Shown piece after piece: positions 7,266 through 19,500 of a DNA stretch of 64,000 bases. Numbering within the stretch: the first letter of the stretch is position 1; the number at the start of each line of letters is the position of its first letter. The notes under the pieces were generated by a model that made no database searches, was not told the DNA's origin, and worked only from the letters and a program-made list of their open reading frames with translations. This DNA comes from Obrimoposthia wandeli. Its lineage: Eukaryota. Position numbers and translations under genes: made by a program. The stretch lies in contig CDROCS010000289.1 in assembly GCA_977020255.1 (NCBI GenBank), forward strand, positions 558,001 to 622,000, in the 5' to 3' direction.

Positions 7266-8245
7266 AGGTACTATATTTTACAAAATAGCAATTGATCAGT
7301 TTATTATGAACAGAGGTAATTTTATTTTTGTCAGGAAAGATCACATAGAAACTGCACAGAAACCAAACGAATAAATCAAATTTACGGATTTGTAATTATA
7401 AAAGTACAAATTCTAGGGATTAAATAATTGTTTCCGTAAACACCTCCAACCCACTTTCAAATCATTAAGAACACACTAAAATGGTAAATTAATATGGATT
7501 AAGTAAACTGTAATATGATATACAAATTGATAATTTCATGTTAGTTATGCTATTTGTTTTGCACAACTGTCATTGTTCTGATTCAATTATCTCTTTTGTA
7601 TCGATATAACCAGAAAATTGTAATTTATTAATACTAATCTGAATGAAATTACTTGTAATGTATTTGATTTTTGGTACTCAAATACAGATTTTAACATAAA
7701 TCTACAATATCTGACCAATATCAGTCGTATGTAATTTATTAAAATAAAATATTTTCAATAGATTCAATATTTTTCATGTCGTACAAATGTAGTTTTGTTT
7801 TCTTACATTGCATCTGTTTTAAGTTTTTCGAATTACACCTTATTAGAATGTGATATTTTAAATGTTCTTACATATATCATATTTTACATATAAAAGTTAA
7901 TTCCTCTGACTGTGTTGTTAGTCTGTTCTGATTCGCATTTGAAATAAAGATAGTAAATAAACTTCAACAAATGTGAAATTAATTTTGAATTTTTTATATC
8001 CAATACAGTATTTATAACTTATAATATTCAAGTATAAGTTTTATTATTTTTTTAATGTTAATATTACATTTCATAAATTAAATGAGAACATTTATTTTTG
8101 TTTGTTTTATTATTTGTTTGAATATTTTGATTATTTACCGTATAATATAAAGCAAAATTTATTTATAGTCATTAGTTTACGTGGTAATTATATAATTAGA
8201 AGTGTGAATATGAAAAATAGCGTTGTTTTTATAAAGCACCAAATA

Positions 8246-8251
8246 TTTATT
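8246..8251 (-). terminator. Candidate polyadenylation signal (AATAAA) of the GPCR gene
   Basis: First AATAAA on the minus strand, ~125 nt after the stop codon at 8375. Confidence 0.45.
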
Positions 8252-8374
8252 GTCCACGAAGGTTGCTAATAAAGAGTTGTATACATAAATCGATCAACGA
8301 ACTTGACTATATTACTTAGCTGAAGTGCTGCTCAAGTGCAACATTGCCTATCGATGACAAAGCAACACAGGAAG

Positions 8375-8758
8375 TCAGTGCACAACAGCTTCAGTCGGCA
8401 AGATGATATCGGCACCACAGTTCATTGGACTGTGATTGTTGGTGACATTGCTGTGGCCATTATCATGATCATCACCGACCAAAAAGCCGTCCTCGTCGCC
8501 CTCATTATCACAACAGTCTTCTATTGTTACTACTGCGGCAGCCAAAAGAGGAGCCGCTGCTGGTGGCGGTTGCTGCTGCTGTAGCACAATGGTAGTACAA
8601 CCACGCTGGCTCAATCTTGTGGCGGCTGCTGGTGGCTCAATACAACAGCAGCAGTGGTGGAAGATGCGCTGCAGCTCAGGTTTGAAGCTGATGTGAAGCC
8701 AGTTATAGAGCAGTGGGTTGGTGCAGGCAGGACATAGCACGATCAGCAGACAGACCGC
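8375..8758 (-). CDS. NPY/NPF-receptor-like GPCR, last exon (TM7 and C-tail)
   Basis: Acceptor CCCTGTACAG|GCG, phase 0; AVCLLIVLCPACTNPLLYNWL (NPxxY); Cys cluster; stop at 8375-8377; GC-rich relative to flanks. Confidence 0.9.
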   Translation of the reverse strand, partial: AVCLLIVLCPACTNPLLYNWLHISFKPELQRIFHHCCCCIEPPAAATRLSQRGCTTIVLQQQQPPPAAAPLLAAAVVTIEDCCDNEGDEDGFLVGDDHDNGHSNVTNNHSPMNCGADIILPTEAVVH

Positions 8759-9179
8759 CTGTACAGGGTAAATTTATCATGATTCACCATTCATTGCAGA
8801 TGACATCCAGATTATACAATTCAAATATATTTTATAATATCTAATACGACCATAGCTGTAAAATGGAAGTACTTAATAAACAAATATAATGTAGATTATA
8901 TTGAATTGTCATGAAATTTGTCTTTAGATATAATTAAAATTTTCATTCTAACTATATTTTGAGTGGCTAAAATTGTAAAAAAATATTTCAAAAATGGGTA
9001 AATTTTAGAATATATCTTTCATATTATTCTCTAAATAGATACAGCATGAATATTAACGTATGTTATTCATTTGTTTTTCATTTTTAATAATAAAAACAAT
9101 TACCAACCACTATAAAATTATAAGAAATATATAAACAAAAATATAAATGTAAAGAATACATATTTATTTTTAAAAATCA

Positions 9180-9357
9180 GGACAGGTTATTTTAAACAGT
9201 TGAATAATCACTTTATGATCATTTTTTTCGATTTTACAGGTGGTCACTATATAAAAATAAGTTATTCAAAAAATTCATCCGAAACATTGGTATAAAACTT
9301 GAATACATTAGTCATGTAGACATTGTATGAAGGTGGTCACTTTCACAGGTTTTACTG
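9180..9357. mobile_element. End of a pogo/Tigger-like (Tc1/mariner superfamily) non-autonomous element
   Basis: Terminus GGTGGTCACTTTCACAGGTTTTACTG|TA; its reverse complement TA|CAGTAAAACCTG..GTGACCACC resembles pogo-like TIRs. Partner end not found. Confidence 0.45.
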
Positions 9358-10689
9358 TATTTAGCAAATATTAAACATAGATTTTCGTCAATTTAATATT
9401 ATTAATCTATAAAATTAAAATGGTAAAGATTGAAAGATACTGTTTTCAAATATTCCCTTGTAAATGAAAAAAAAATTCACTTTAAACTTGGAATGATTTT
9501 AAATTTATATATCTGACATTTCCTTAGTTCATAGCTCGTTAATGGGATAATAAATCAGAGGCAGATACACGACCTTCGTGGTCTTCTAATATTTATTCTT
9601 ATTTTAATTTTAATACTTTAACTTTGATTTTAAAATTTGGGCGTGGCTGTTTAATTACATCTTAGAAATTACTACAAGAAAATTATTTTTGAATATAAAA
9701 ATGGACTTATTTTCTTTTTCCTTTCTGTATATCGTGAACGATGTGTAGTGTATATTGGTATAGAAGGCACAAAAAGTCAGAGAGTTTACAATAGTTGATA
9801 TATATTCACATGCAATAAAGTACCAAATCTTTTTTTGTTGGAAATATATTAATTATATAAATATATAACGTACTAAATAATTGATGGGAGTTATTTCAAT
9901 AAAATACTTTTTAGAATGTTGTTAGCATAAATGTTGATGATTGCGTCTTAATTTAGTTTTATATCCTTATGAAGTTATGAAAGAAGAAGGTAATTGAACT
10001 TGACTTCTCCCATTGTGCTACCATTCGATTCTTTATAAATTTTAAGGCTGAGATACATTGATCGACTGAACTGACTAACACACCATTCGGCGGCGAAAAT
10101 TGGTGGAGTATCGAAATAGTTATATACGTAGTCAGAAAAAAACAAAATTTGTTTATATGTTATAAATATATCTATGGGTAAGATTTATTAAAATCCTAGA
10201 TTTATGTGAAGTTAATTGAAGTGTGTTTAAAAAAATGTAAAATTCTCAATATGAAGACTTCTTTATCCATGGTGAGATTTTTAGGGGCCTGCACATTTCC
10301 CGTCCATCACTAGATCTGACCCTGTAAACACAGTTTTTTGCACCTTGGAGCGTTTTCTGTTGTTTTCCTTGTTGATTTCATTAACTAATGGGTTAGAAGT
10401 AAATACTCATTCAATGAATGAGTTAAACTAAATTTGTAATTTGCAGTTTGACAACTTACTCAATACAAATACAATCGAATTGTTTGGGTCATTTCAAGTC
10501 ATTGAAATAAAGAATTTTAACTTTTATAGCAAGTCAATTTCCATTTTTTACTTTAAAGTTTTTATTTCTTCTTCATCACACAGTTCATAGACTGGCAACT
10601 CTTTTATACTCGTTGTCCGGCATTTTCGGGATATTTTTATCCGAAACTGGTTACAAACGAATCTTCTCTGTTGTTATTATCAATACAGT

Positions 10690-12244
10690 TGTTAGGATTA
10701 GGATTTTTATAATTTTTGAATATAATTATTTATTTATAAAAGAAAATAAAACCTTAAAACAAGGTTAAAAAAAATAAAATTGAAATATAAATTAAAATTA
10801 AATATAATAAAATCAAAAAAGTATTTTAGGACCTTGAAGAGGCCAAGTGTTAAATGCGTTATATATAAGAAAGTTGTAATAAAATAAAGGGGCCCAGAAA
10901 TTTACCAGTGTAGAAACCAAGAACGAAAATTAACAAAGAAAAGCTGAAGAGGAAAATCAAATAACAATAATTCTGGAAAATTAATTGAAATCAATTCCGC
11001 TGCTGAGAATAAAGCAACTGTTGGCCACTAAGTGCACAATTCGAGGAGATTCGCAGACACCATCCATTACGACTGGGGACAAACGACTGGGGACAAACGA
11101 CTGGGAACAAAGCAACCGTCATCGTAATCGAGGTAAGAATTACTTAACTTCCATTAAGCTAATTGTTTCCTTTTCAGATATAATTGTATAAAAGCAAGAA
11201 GAAGAAATTTGGAACTATATACGAAGTCATCGCTACACAGACAAGAAAATTGAACTTTACAAGAAAATTGAACTTTGATTCAAGCAACGAAGGTAAATTA
11301 GACCAAATTGATTTACAACCTAAAACTTAATCAGGATAATTGATTTACAAATTCGCTCGGAACAGCGGAAGGAAACGTCTAGTCAGAAGGTCAGATATCA
11401 ACTGGAACAGATTGGAGTGGGCAAACCTGAGAAGCCAAGGCAAGAGACTCAAATCAGGATTCTGTGGACCTACCGGAGGATAAATCAATCTATTAGGAAG
11501 AGGTAAGAAGTCGTGGAGTGAATTAAAGTACTGAAGATATATTTGAATTTTGTAAAATTGTTGCTTCACACAACTGAATTAAAGTACTGAAGATATATTT
11601 GAATTGTGTAAAATTGTTGCTTCACACAAGTGAAAGAAATTTAAAAGAAACTGATTTTTAGTAAATTTAATTAAAAAAGAAATTCAAAAGAGACTGAATT
11701 TTAGTAAATTTGATTTCCAGTGATTGGGATAAGTTGTACTCAAGTAATCTCGAGTACGGTTATTTTCGTACATCCGGATTTTGGGCTAAAACCTTAAAGT
11801 TAAAACAAAATTCACCGAACTTAGAAGCTTCTAAAACTATTAGATACGATTAAAATCGATACGTTAAGACATCCCCATTTGTGTGAAGTTGAGTGAAGTA
11901 GTTAGGACTAATTGTTGTAATTTTTAGGAACCTAGTTAGAGTGAGTTTAGAAAATAAAGATTTCCTACATTATATAGTGTTGTCTTGAACGAACTCTTGC
12001 AATCAGGTCAGAACCAACCCTCCATACATTACACCACACTAAGGGATATTTTCCAGTCTCCGTGTACACAACTCTTTCCACATCTCCACAACACAGATTA
12101 AAAACGGAACCTTACGATTAGAAATTGAGACAGTAAGAACATCTAAATAGGCCACGAACAACTGCAAGCCCTATTGCTATAGAACTCAATTTGGGAGCCT
12201 CTATCCGAGGATCTATTTAAGAGTTTCAAATAGAAAACCCAACA
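10690..12244 (+). mobile_element. Long solo LTR (1555 bp), probably Gypsy-type
   Basis: TGTTAGG...CCCAACA termini; 4-bp flanks CAGT/CATT (one mismatch); TATATAAG at 10862-10869; AATAAA at 11953. The 3' block is homologous to the LTRs at 25380 and 43745. Confidence 0.75.
11519..11629. repeat. 56-bp direct tandem duplication inside the LTR (also 3x ACGACTGGG(G/A)ACAA at ~11069-11110)
   Basis: TGAATTAAAGTACTGAAGATATATTTGAATT.TGTAAAATTGTTGCTTCACACAA x2. Confidence 0.9.
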
Positions 12245-13249
12245 CATTGAAGCACGAACCAGAGCCAATGTTATTATGTCAAATATATGACATTACATCT
12301 GTAAAATCTGTATAGCATACGCCATTCCTTGCTGCCTAAGACTAATTCCAGTTAGCTATTCTCCATAGCAGGGTTCTTTCCTTGCTAAAATTGGTTATTA
12401 TAATGCTTTGAATTTATCGACTACTAACCTCAAGTTCTTCATTTATTTAAACCTCAACTTATTTTGAAACTTACTTCCCTTCAAATTAATTTTATTTAAT
12501 CCATTTTCTTAACCTTCAAGTATTTATTGATTCATATTTTAATTTCGTAACTCAACATCTTTCTATCAAGAAAAAGTTTTAAAATGTCTTTACAAATGAT
12601 TAATCAGTTTACTTAAGTTGCATGAAAATAGTTAAACATTTATTTCTGACTTTATTGTAACTTGATGTTCTTTTGATCTTATTTTATTAGAGTAACTTAC
12701 TGTTTCTGAATAATAATATTTGAATTAGTTAGTTTTGCTTTCTTAAGACATTATCTTTCGAGAACTAGTTAACTATGAATTAGTTTAGTTTTTCATAAAT
12801 AAAATTCGGGAAAAGATGTGTGCTCAAAATCAGGAAAAAAGTCTTTAAAAACCTCATAAAGCGCTCTAAAAATGTAGAATTAAATATAAAATAGATTATA
12901 TTAAAAAAAACTTATAAATTGCAATATGATCAGTTTAGAAACCCCTAATAACTATACATATCGCCATTTCACGCATGCTTAACGGTTTCAAGTTAGAGCA
13001 TCCATTAAACAAAAGAATATACTTCAGAATATTTTCAAAATGATTAAGACTTACACTAATCTTTTATTTAATAATTTTTGAAGCCGTTAAATTTCAACTT
13101 TATTTATTGAATTCGTAAAAAGCACTTTATAATCCAGTGAGGGAGAACTTAAATTAGATAACTCGTGTATTAGAGTAATAATAACGCTCTTATGTTTGTC
13201 TTCATGATTGCTCACCAGAAAATTCGGTATTAAAATCAAGTACAACGTA

Positions 13250-13600
13250 TATTGCACTGCCAGGACGGTCTCATCCACCATAGAATGGTTACTGTCAAAT
13301 ATGGAGTAATGATATATTTTATTTATATTCAATTTCCCTATTTTATATCTTCTACATATGATAAAATGGAAAAGATACAGAGAAGATTAGCATGGTACCT
13401 GCAAAAGAATGACACGCCATATAATGAAGCATTCTATATTAAAAAAGTTTTGTTGTTGAAATGTTCAAACAAAGTGACCAGAATCATATTCCAATTAAAG
13501 AAAAATGTTGATACAAGTAAACATTTGATAAAGCTCAATTGGCTACCGAACAAAGCCTTAAATTCAAGATCCTACTTATAATAATTGGATTCTTTCTAAA
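13250..13600 (+). mobile_element. Degenerate non-LTR retrotransposon (L2/CR1-like) RT C-terminal relic
   Basis: GLIHHRM...YG, MEKIQRRL and LIKLNWLP resemble the L2/CR1 tail motifs (LxxLQxR; LxxLxWLP). Confidence 0.55.
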
Positions 13601-13699
13601 AGTCCTAATATCCATATAATCTGCTCGAGACTTGTGAAGTGAACGTGTGTACACAGTTTATTAGCAATGATCACTGTTGATTGGTTACGAAATTCTCAA

Positions 13700-14600
13700 G
13701 TAACAAACAGAGTGAAGGCAAATTTCTTTACAAAAATTTACTGATGAATGTAAGAAACTGTAACAATGTTGAAAATGCGAAAAGTAGCCAACAACTTTAC
13801 TTTTCAGAAAAGAATACAAAAAACAGAAAGTGCTCTATATTCAGTAATATATAATTGATCTATAGATATTATCGATATATAAATTTGTTATTAATGCTTT
13901 ATTTTTAAAACACAGAGAAAACTCAGATATTTTTAAGATTTTGTAAATTTTAATTGCTAGTTTATATTGCAGACAATGTTCATTAGACATTGTTTAATGA
14001 TTAATCTTTATTTATTCGTTTCAAATTTCCAATAAGGCTAATATTACAATTAAATAATTAGTCAAATTAATAAAATTTCAGCTTTCAGTCATTAATATGG
14101 AGGTTACATAAAACAGAACATATATCAGAAATGTTAAATGTAACAAAATATTAGCAAGCAACAAATAACTCTTATTAATATGTAACACAGTGAAAAATAC
14201 AATACTGATGTCTCAGATGAAAAATATTTATAATTTATAAAATTTTAAAAATAATGTAAAAATAAACTTGTAAGATCACATTAGTCTAGCATTAAAATAA
14301 AATGTTAAAATATTTTTATTAAAGTAGATTTCATTTTATAAATGAACATGTTATTTTTTTAACCTAAACTATTACATATTATGGTATGTATTTATTTTAA
14401 GGATATAGCAACAATAGCAATAACAAATTTGATATTCATTTTTCAAGAGTGTTTCCTGTTTTCCATTATTCTTCGTAATATTTTCTGAATAGTGAAGTCT
14501 TCATTTGCTTTTTGATATTTTCAACATTCTTACAGTTTCTTATAATCATCAGTAAATTGTTGTAAACTTTCAGAGCATTTTTATATGTTTATTTTTTATA
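13700..14600. repeat. ~140-bp interspersed repeat in inverted pair (13700-13835 minus; 14450-14600 plus); further copies at ~28220-28330 and ~36245-36400
   Basis: Shared core TTCTTCGTAATATTTTCTGAATA...TTTTCAACATTCTTACAGTTTCTT...ATCAGTAAATT, recognised by eye. Confidence 0.6.
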
Positions 14601-15009
14601 TTTTTCATTTATTTTATGAAAAATAAATATATCTACATGAATTCTCATGTCACTATTTAATCTAAAATATTTTTTCTGCCACATGTGTGCATGTGTGTAT
14701 TTCTGCCTCATATGTAATTAATTATCGATATTGCGAACAAATTTGACATGTTTTCTGTTATTCGCAATATAGATAGTTAACTAACGGATATTGCCAAATA
14801 ATATTATAAAATTTTATGGTCATACTATTTCAAATGTTTTTTTTTTAATTATTATTTTTTTTTTTTTACAAAATATTTTATTGCTAAACAATAAATTGAG
14901 ATTACTGTTAAAAAATAATTTGTTAACATTTATTCATATTTTATATCAAATATGTCAGAATCATCTGATAAATCTTTCAATTCTTGAGAATAATTATTTT
15001 TTATTGTGT

Positions 15010-15300
15010 TTCAACAAATCTTACCTTAAATAAAGCACCATAAATATCATGCTTGGAAATATGCCAATCAGCACAAACAGTTGAGAAGCCAGCAGATTTC
15101 ATAGAATTTACAAGAATTCCAAGAATCTTTAATACACGAATTGACTCTAGAAATTGAAGGTGGTTTAGGATTTCCACCTTTGGTATATTCCATTTCCTAC
15201 GAATTTTTCCAGTTATAATATAAACCGATATTTTGTCATAAATTCTTTAAAAATACCAATATCTCCAGCTGGTAAATATATTATATTACTTCTTTTTAAA
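15010..15300 (-). mobile_element. pogo-like (DDE_1) transposase C-terminal relic
   Basis: YLPAG..., EYTKGGNPKPPS...IKDSW, MKSAGFS match the pogo/Tigger C-terminal pattern; multiple stops and frameshifts. Confidence 0.5.
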
Positions 15301-15389
15301 ATAATATTGAAAATATTTGTTTTTTCATTTAAACTTAATTATTATATTTTATACCTATTATAAAAAAATTAATTTTATTTTTTTTAAAT

Positions 15390-16570
15390 GGTTTTACTAT
15401 TTGGATAGTCTACTTTTAGGAGAGGTCATATATTATATGTAATTAACAGTATCGTTTAGTTATATTATAATACAGTTGATGGGCTCTTGAAATAAATCTA
15501 GTTTGCTCAACGCTTTTAATACACTCAGTATCATAAACTTTCGGGTACGCCTCATGTGTAAGATTGTTTCTTCCCACACCTTTTGTTCTCATTGAACATG
15601 TGTTATTAGATGCATGTAAACTATAGCATTTAGGGCGTAGAAAAATACAATCATCATACGAAACCTGACCCTCACTTTCATCCTTAAATTTCTCGATAAT
15701 ATCCTTTAAACTCATAGAGTGTAGAGGATGGTTAACGGGATATTTATGGGTATCAAGTAAGTTATATCTAAACCTTTCCGGTAATAATTGATTATCTAAA
15801 CTAACATTTTTACATTCTATAAAGAAATAGTCAGTGTCCCCAGCTACGATTTTGATCTCACAATTGAATTGTGGCGATATTTATCTAATTCTATATATTG
15901 AAGCTCGTACATTCTGAGTTTGGAAATATCTAAACCGTTTGATCTATATAACTCGGTTGATCGAGACAAATACTCTGGTTTTCTTGTTTCATCAGCTTGT
16001 CCTTCTTCTTCCGGACTGTCTGCTTTTGATTTGATGCAGTATTGATTTTTGCATCCACGATAGTTTCCGGTCCACCGGTAATATAGGAGCAGCCTCTTCC
16101 AGCATCTCCTTCACTTGCTCCACCTGATCGGCTTCCTATGTGAATAATTAAATATATTTTCTAATTTAAAATATTTTACCTAATATTATCTAGATACGCC
16201 AGATATCGGAGCTTACTCCTTAACACGTCCTGACTGCATTGACTCACTAATATTTTTGAGTGCATCTGGATATAAATAATTACACGGAATTTTTTTTTCA
16301 CGTCTGACAGGGTGCGTAAAATATTATATTGCGACTTGGGGAATTTCATAAGCTAAAAGCATCGTAGGGTCCTGCTTGAAATCACTTTTGTATCTATGCA
16401 CTTAATCTTCGGATTTCAGTTCGCCATCTTGACTACTGCTCTTATGCAGTTGAAAAGCATGCATATGTTTCAGGACATGTATAGATTTTTATACACCCAC
16501 ATGCACGAAATTTCACTCTATATACATTCACCTTCTACATACATAGAATAAACATTATTATAAATTTTGT
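15390..16570 (-). mobile_element. Internally deleted Maverick relic: opposite terminus and promoter fused to a pPolB C-terminal fragment
   Basis: TIR core at 16490-16570. pPolB motifs ICLDQPSYI..TVLDISKLRMY, IVAGDTD, YPVNHPLHS, KFKDE, FLRPKCYS, RTKGV at ~15390-15990. Confidence 0.85.
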
Positions 16571-19500
16571 TTGCAGAAATGTAACTTTGTGTAAATTTTT
16601 TTCAATATATATCAAGGGTTATTTATAGTTACATTCAACGGATATTTTTTTATAAATATTTAAAAAATCAAGTTTATTGAATAACTACGCTTTTAAATTA
16701 GAATATTTTAGAAATTAAAACTTTACAATTTTTTAAAAGGAATTTAAAATTATATAATAAAAACTTTCTGATGTTTAATATTTTTTTATGGAAATTTTAG
16801 TTTAAAACCTTTATTTTAAAATGTTGATCATATTAGTAAAAATTTACACTAATAATAATTTTCTTATTAAAATTAAATAATACATTTTTATTTATTTAAA
16901 AAAATATAAAATCATTTTAAAAATATGACTAATACAAATTTAATACTTTTTGACCGATTTAACATAAAATAAAAACAGTGAGATCATGTGGTATTGACAA
17001 AACGAACAACTTCTGAAATTATGGGTGTTGTAATTTTTTAAAAAAATGTTCAAAAGTAACACTTTAATGTACACTTACAATACGAAAAAACATGTTTCAC
17101 ATGACATGATATTAAATAAAATAAAAATGTTTTCATAAGCATAAGAAGCATGAGAAGTAATGAATTCAATCACCGTAAGCACTTACGGTACAAAATAAAC
17201 CGTTCGTCTTTAACCTGTTCGAAATATTAGGAAATATTCGTTTTTTAGAAAAGTATTCTGTTTTTTCATGCTCAATTGCTATAGTTACACATTCATATGT
17301 ATACATGATACATTGTATAATTCTGTTAATGTATATCATTTCAAAATTATATTTTACCTTATATTTTATTTGTTTTTATATTGCGTTGAAAAAAAATTAA
17401 AAATTACCTATATTTAAAAGTCTATATTTAGCTCCATTTATCAGTGTTGCTACCCGTACATGTACCTCAAAGTAATGTGATTTTATAGAAAATATACAAT
17501 GACATATAAATAAAACGACAGACGCTAAGCCTATTGTTGGTGGTTTAGAACTGAATGCAAGAGAAATAATAATTTGTGATTTTAAAAGTACATCTTCAGT
17601 GATATTTCAAAATTGTATTTATAGTTATTTTCAATGACAATTGATTTGATAATTTTATTTATATTTTTATACATAAATTATACCAGTATTAAATTTGAAA
17701 TATTAATTTTTGTTACTATGGCAAGAACATTTTCTTCAGTCTTTCCCTTAAATATAAAGTTTCCACTGTTAACCATGTTTTTTTCTGGTTAGACATAAAA
17801 AAATAAAATTGACTACGAATCCATGTTTAACTTGTGGTAAATATATATATTAAAAAAATAGACAATAAAATTGATTAAAAGTTTAGGTTAGGTTTTAATA
17901 TTTTAAATTACATGATTATTAAAATTTTAAATAGTTTAAATATCTGTTAATGAATTAATTTTAAATAATTTTTACTTCAAAATAATTTAAACATTTAATA
18001 TTAGCCTTAGTTTTATTTTTAGGAAAAAATTACACTTCTTTTAATATAACCTACATACAAAATTGTTTTACAAATCCAATTTCGTTTGAATTTTAACTTT
18101 TACATACTTTTTCTAATACTATTCAAGCATATTTAATTTTATATTTTACTTCAAAATTTCATTTTTTCAGATATGTAGTAGATATGAATGATAAAAGTGG
18201 TATGTTATAAATATTTACTATCATTTAAAATTAATTATTTTAATTTTCAGATATGTTTATTTGTCCCTTGTTTATAATAATTAAATTCAACTATATTTAT
18301 TGACTTAGTTTTTCATTATTTTAAAAGTACTCTTTCAAATCATGTATGATAATGAAATTATTTGTAAACATATCCAGAATCGCCTCATTTTAATATTTAA
18401 TATTTTGAAGTACAAGTATTTTTTTTGATTCAATTTAAATTAAAATATCTGTATATACAAATATAACTAACCTAAAATTAATTTTATTTTTCCTTTTAAA
18501 AAAATTAAATAAAAGTTAGATAGAAAATAATTTAAATATTATCCATACGATTTTTCTATTATATTTCTATTTAAAATAGGGACGGGTAATCTGGGATAGT
18601 ATTGAATTTTCAACACACAATTCTGATAGATTTTAATAAATGAAAGAAATTAATCATTTATGATCATTTAATGCAAGCCACTAAATAATATTCACTGTCA
18701 GTCAATATTTTGTTTTCGACGCCTTTATTTCTTCAATATAATAAAGCTACCAACGAGAGTAATTTATTTTCAAACGAGTTTATTTGTAATAAAAGGTGTG
18801 TATGCTTTTCCATGTTTGAGATTAAATCAGAATTCCATAAAAATCTTTTTCACAGACAACGGATCATATGAAAATCAGCTTATTTGTAGCCTAAATAAAT
18901 GTCGCAAATAACAAAGAATTATCTCTTTTGTTCTTTTTAGACCACTGATCTCCTATAGAACCGCATGTAAAATTTCATGAATTCTCAGAAAATTATAATT
19001 GCCAAGACCGATTCGGGCTAAACTAAAATGTGTACTTTTAACCATGGTTGTTCAACGTGACTCATGTTGACCACCAGTATCCACAGAAATATTTAGGTGG
19101 TCCACAGCCAATGGAAAATTCAACTTGGTTTTTGATTGATTAAAATAGTTTGTTTCAGTTAATCATAATTTATTATCAGTTTTCTTCAAATTTGTTAAAC
19201 TTAAAAAAAAATAGTGATTGTTATTTTGAAGATACTTATTAGAAGTTTAACAGAAAACACACGTAAAGAAGACATAATTTTAAAAGTCAACAAATATATA
19301 AAGGAAAAATAAATTCCTCTTTCTAATTTGAAATATATCAGCAGATTGGGTGGTTTCTACCACAGAAAGAATGACGGGCTTTGTTGCACTTTTTAAAATA
19401 TTGCTTCTCACATGTTACACAGACAGCATGTGGCTGCAAAAATCTCGGTGGCAATATGAAAGAAACCCGTGACTATACTTCTATTAATTTTATTAAAGCC

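Noticed and set aside
9556-10324. Possible hAT element with CAG(A/G)G.CAGAT ends
   Set aside because: Only 9 of 11 terminal bases match and the 8-bp flanks do not form a TSD.
10848-12033. Alternative LTR boundaries TGT...ACA
   Set aside because: No TSD; homology with the other copies extends to TGTTAGG at 10690 and CCCAACA at 12244.
17172-17189. Perfect palindrome ACCGTAAG-CA-CTTACGGT
   Set aside because: Isolated, probably a subterminal motif of a decayed DNA transposon; nothing else supports a function.
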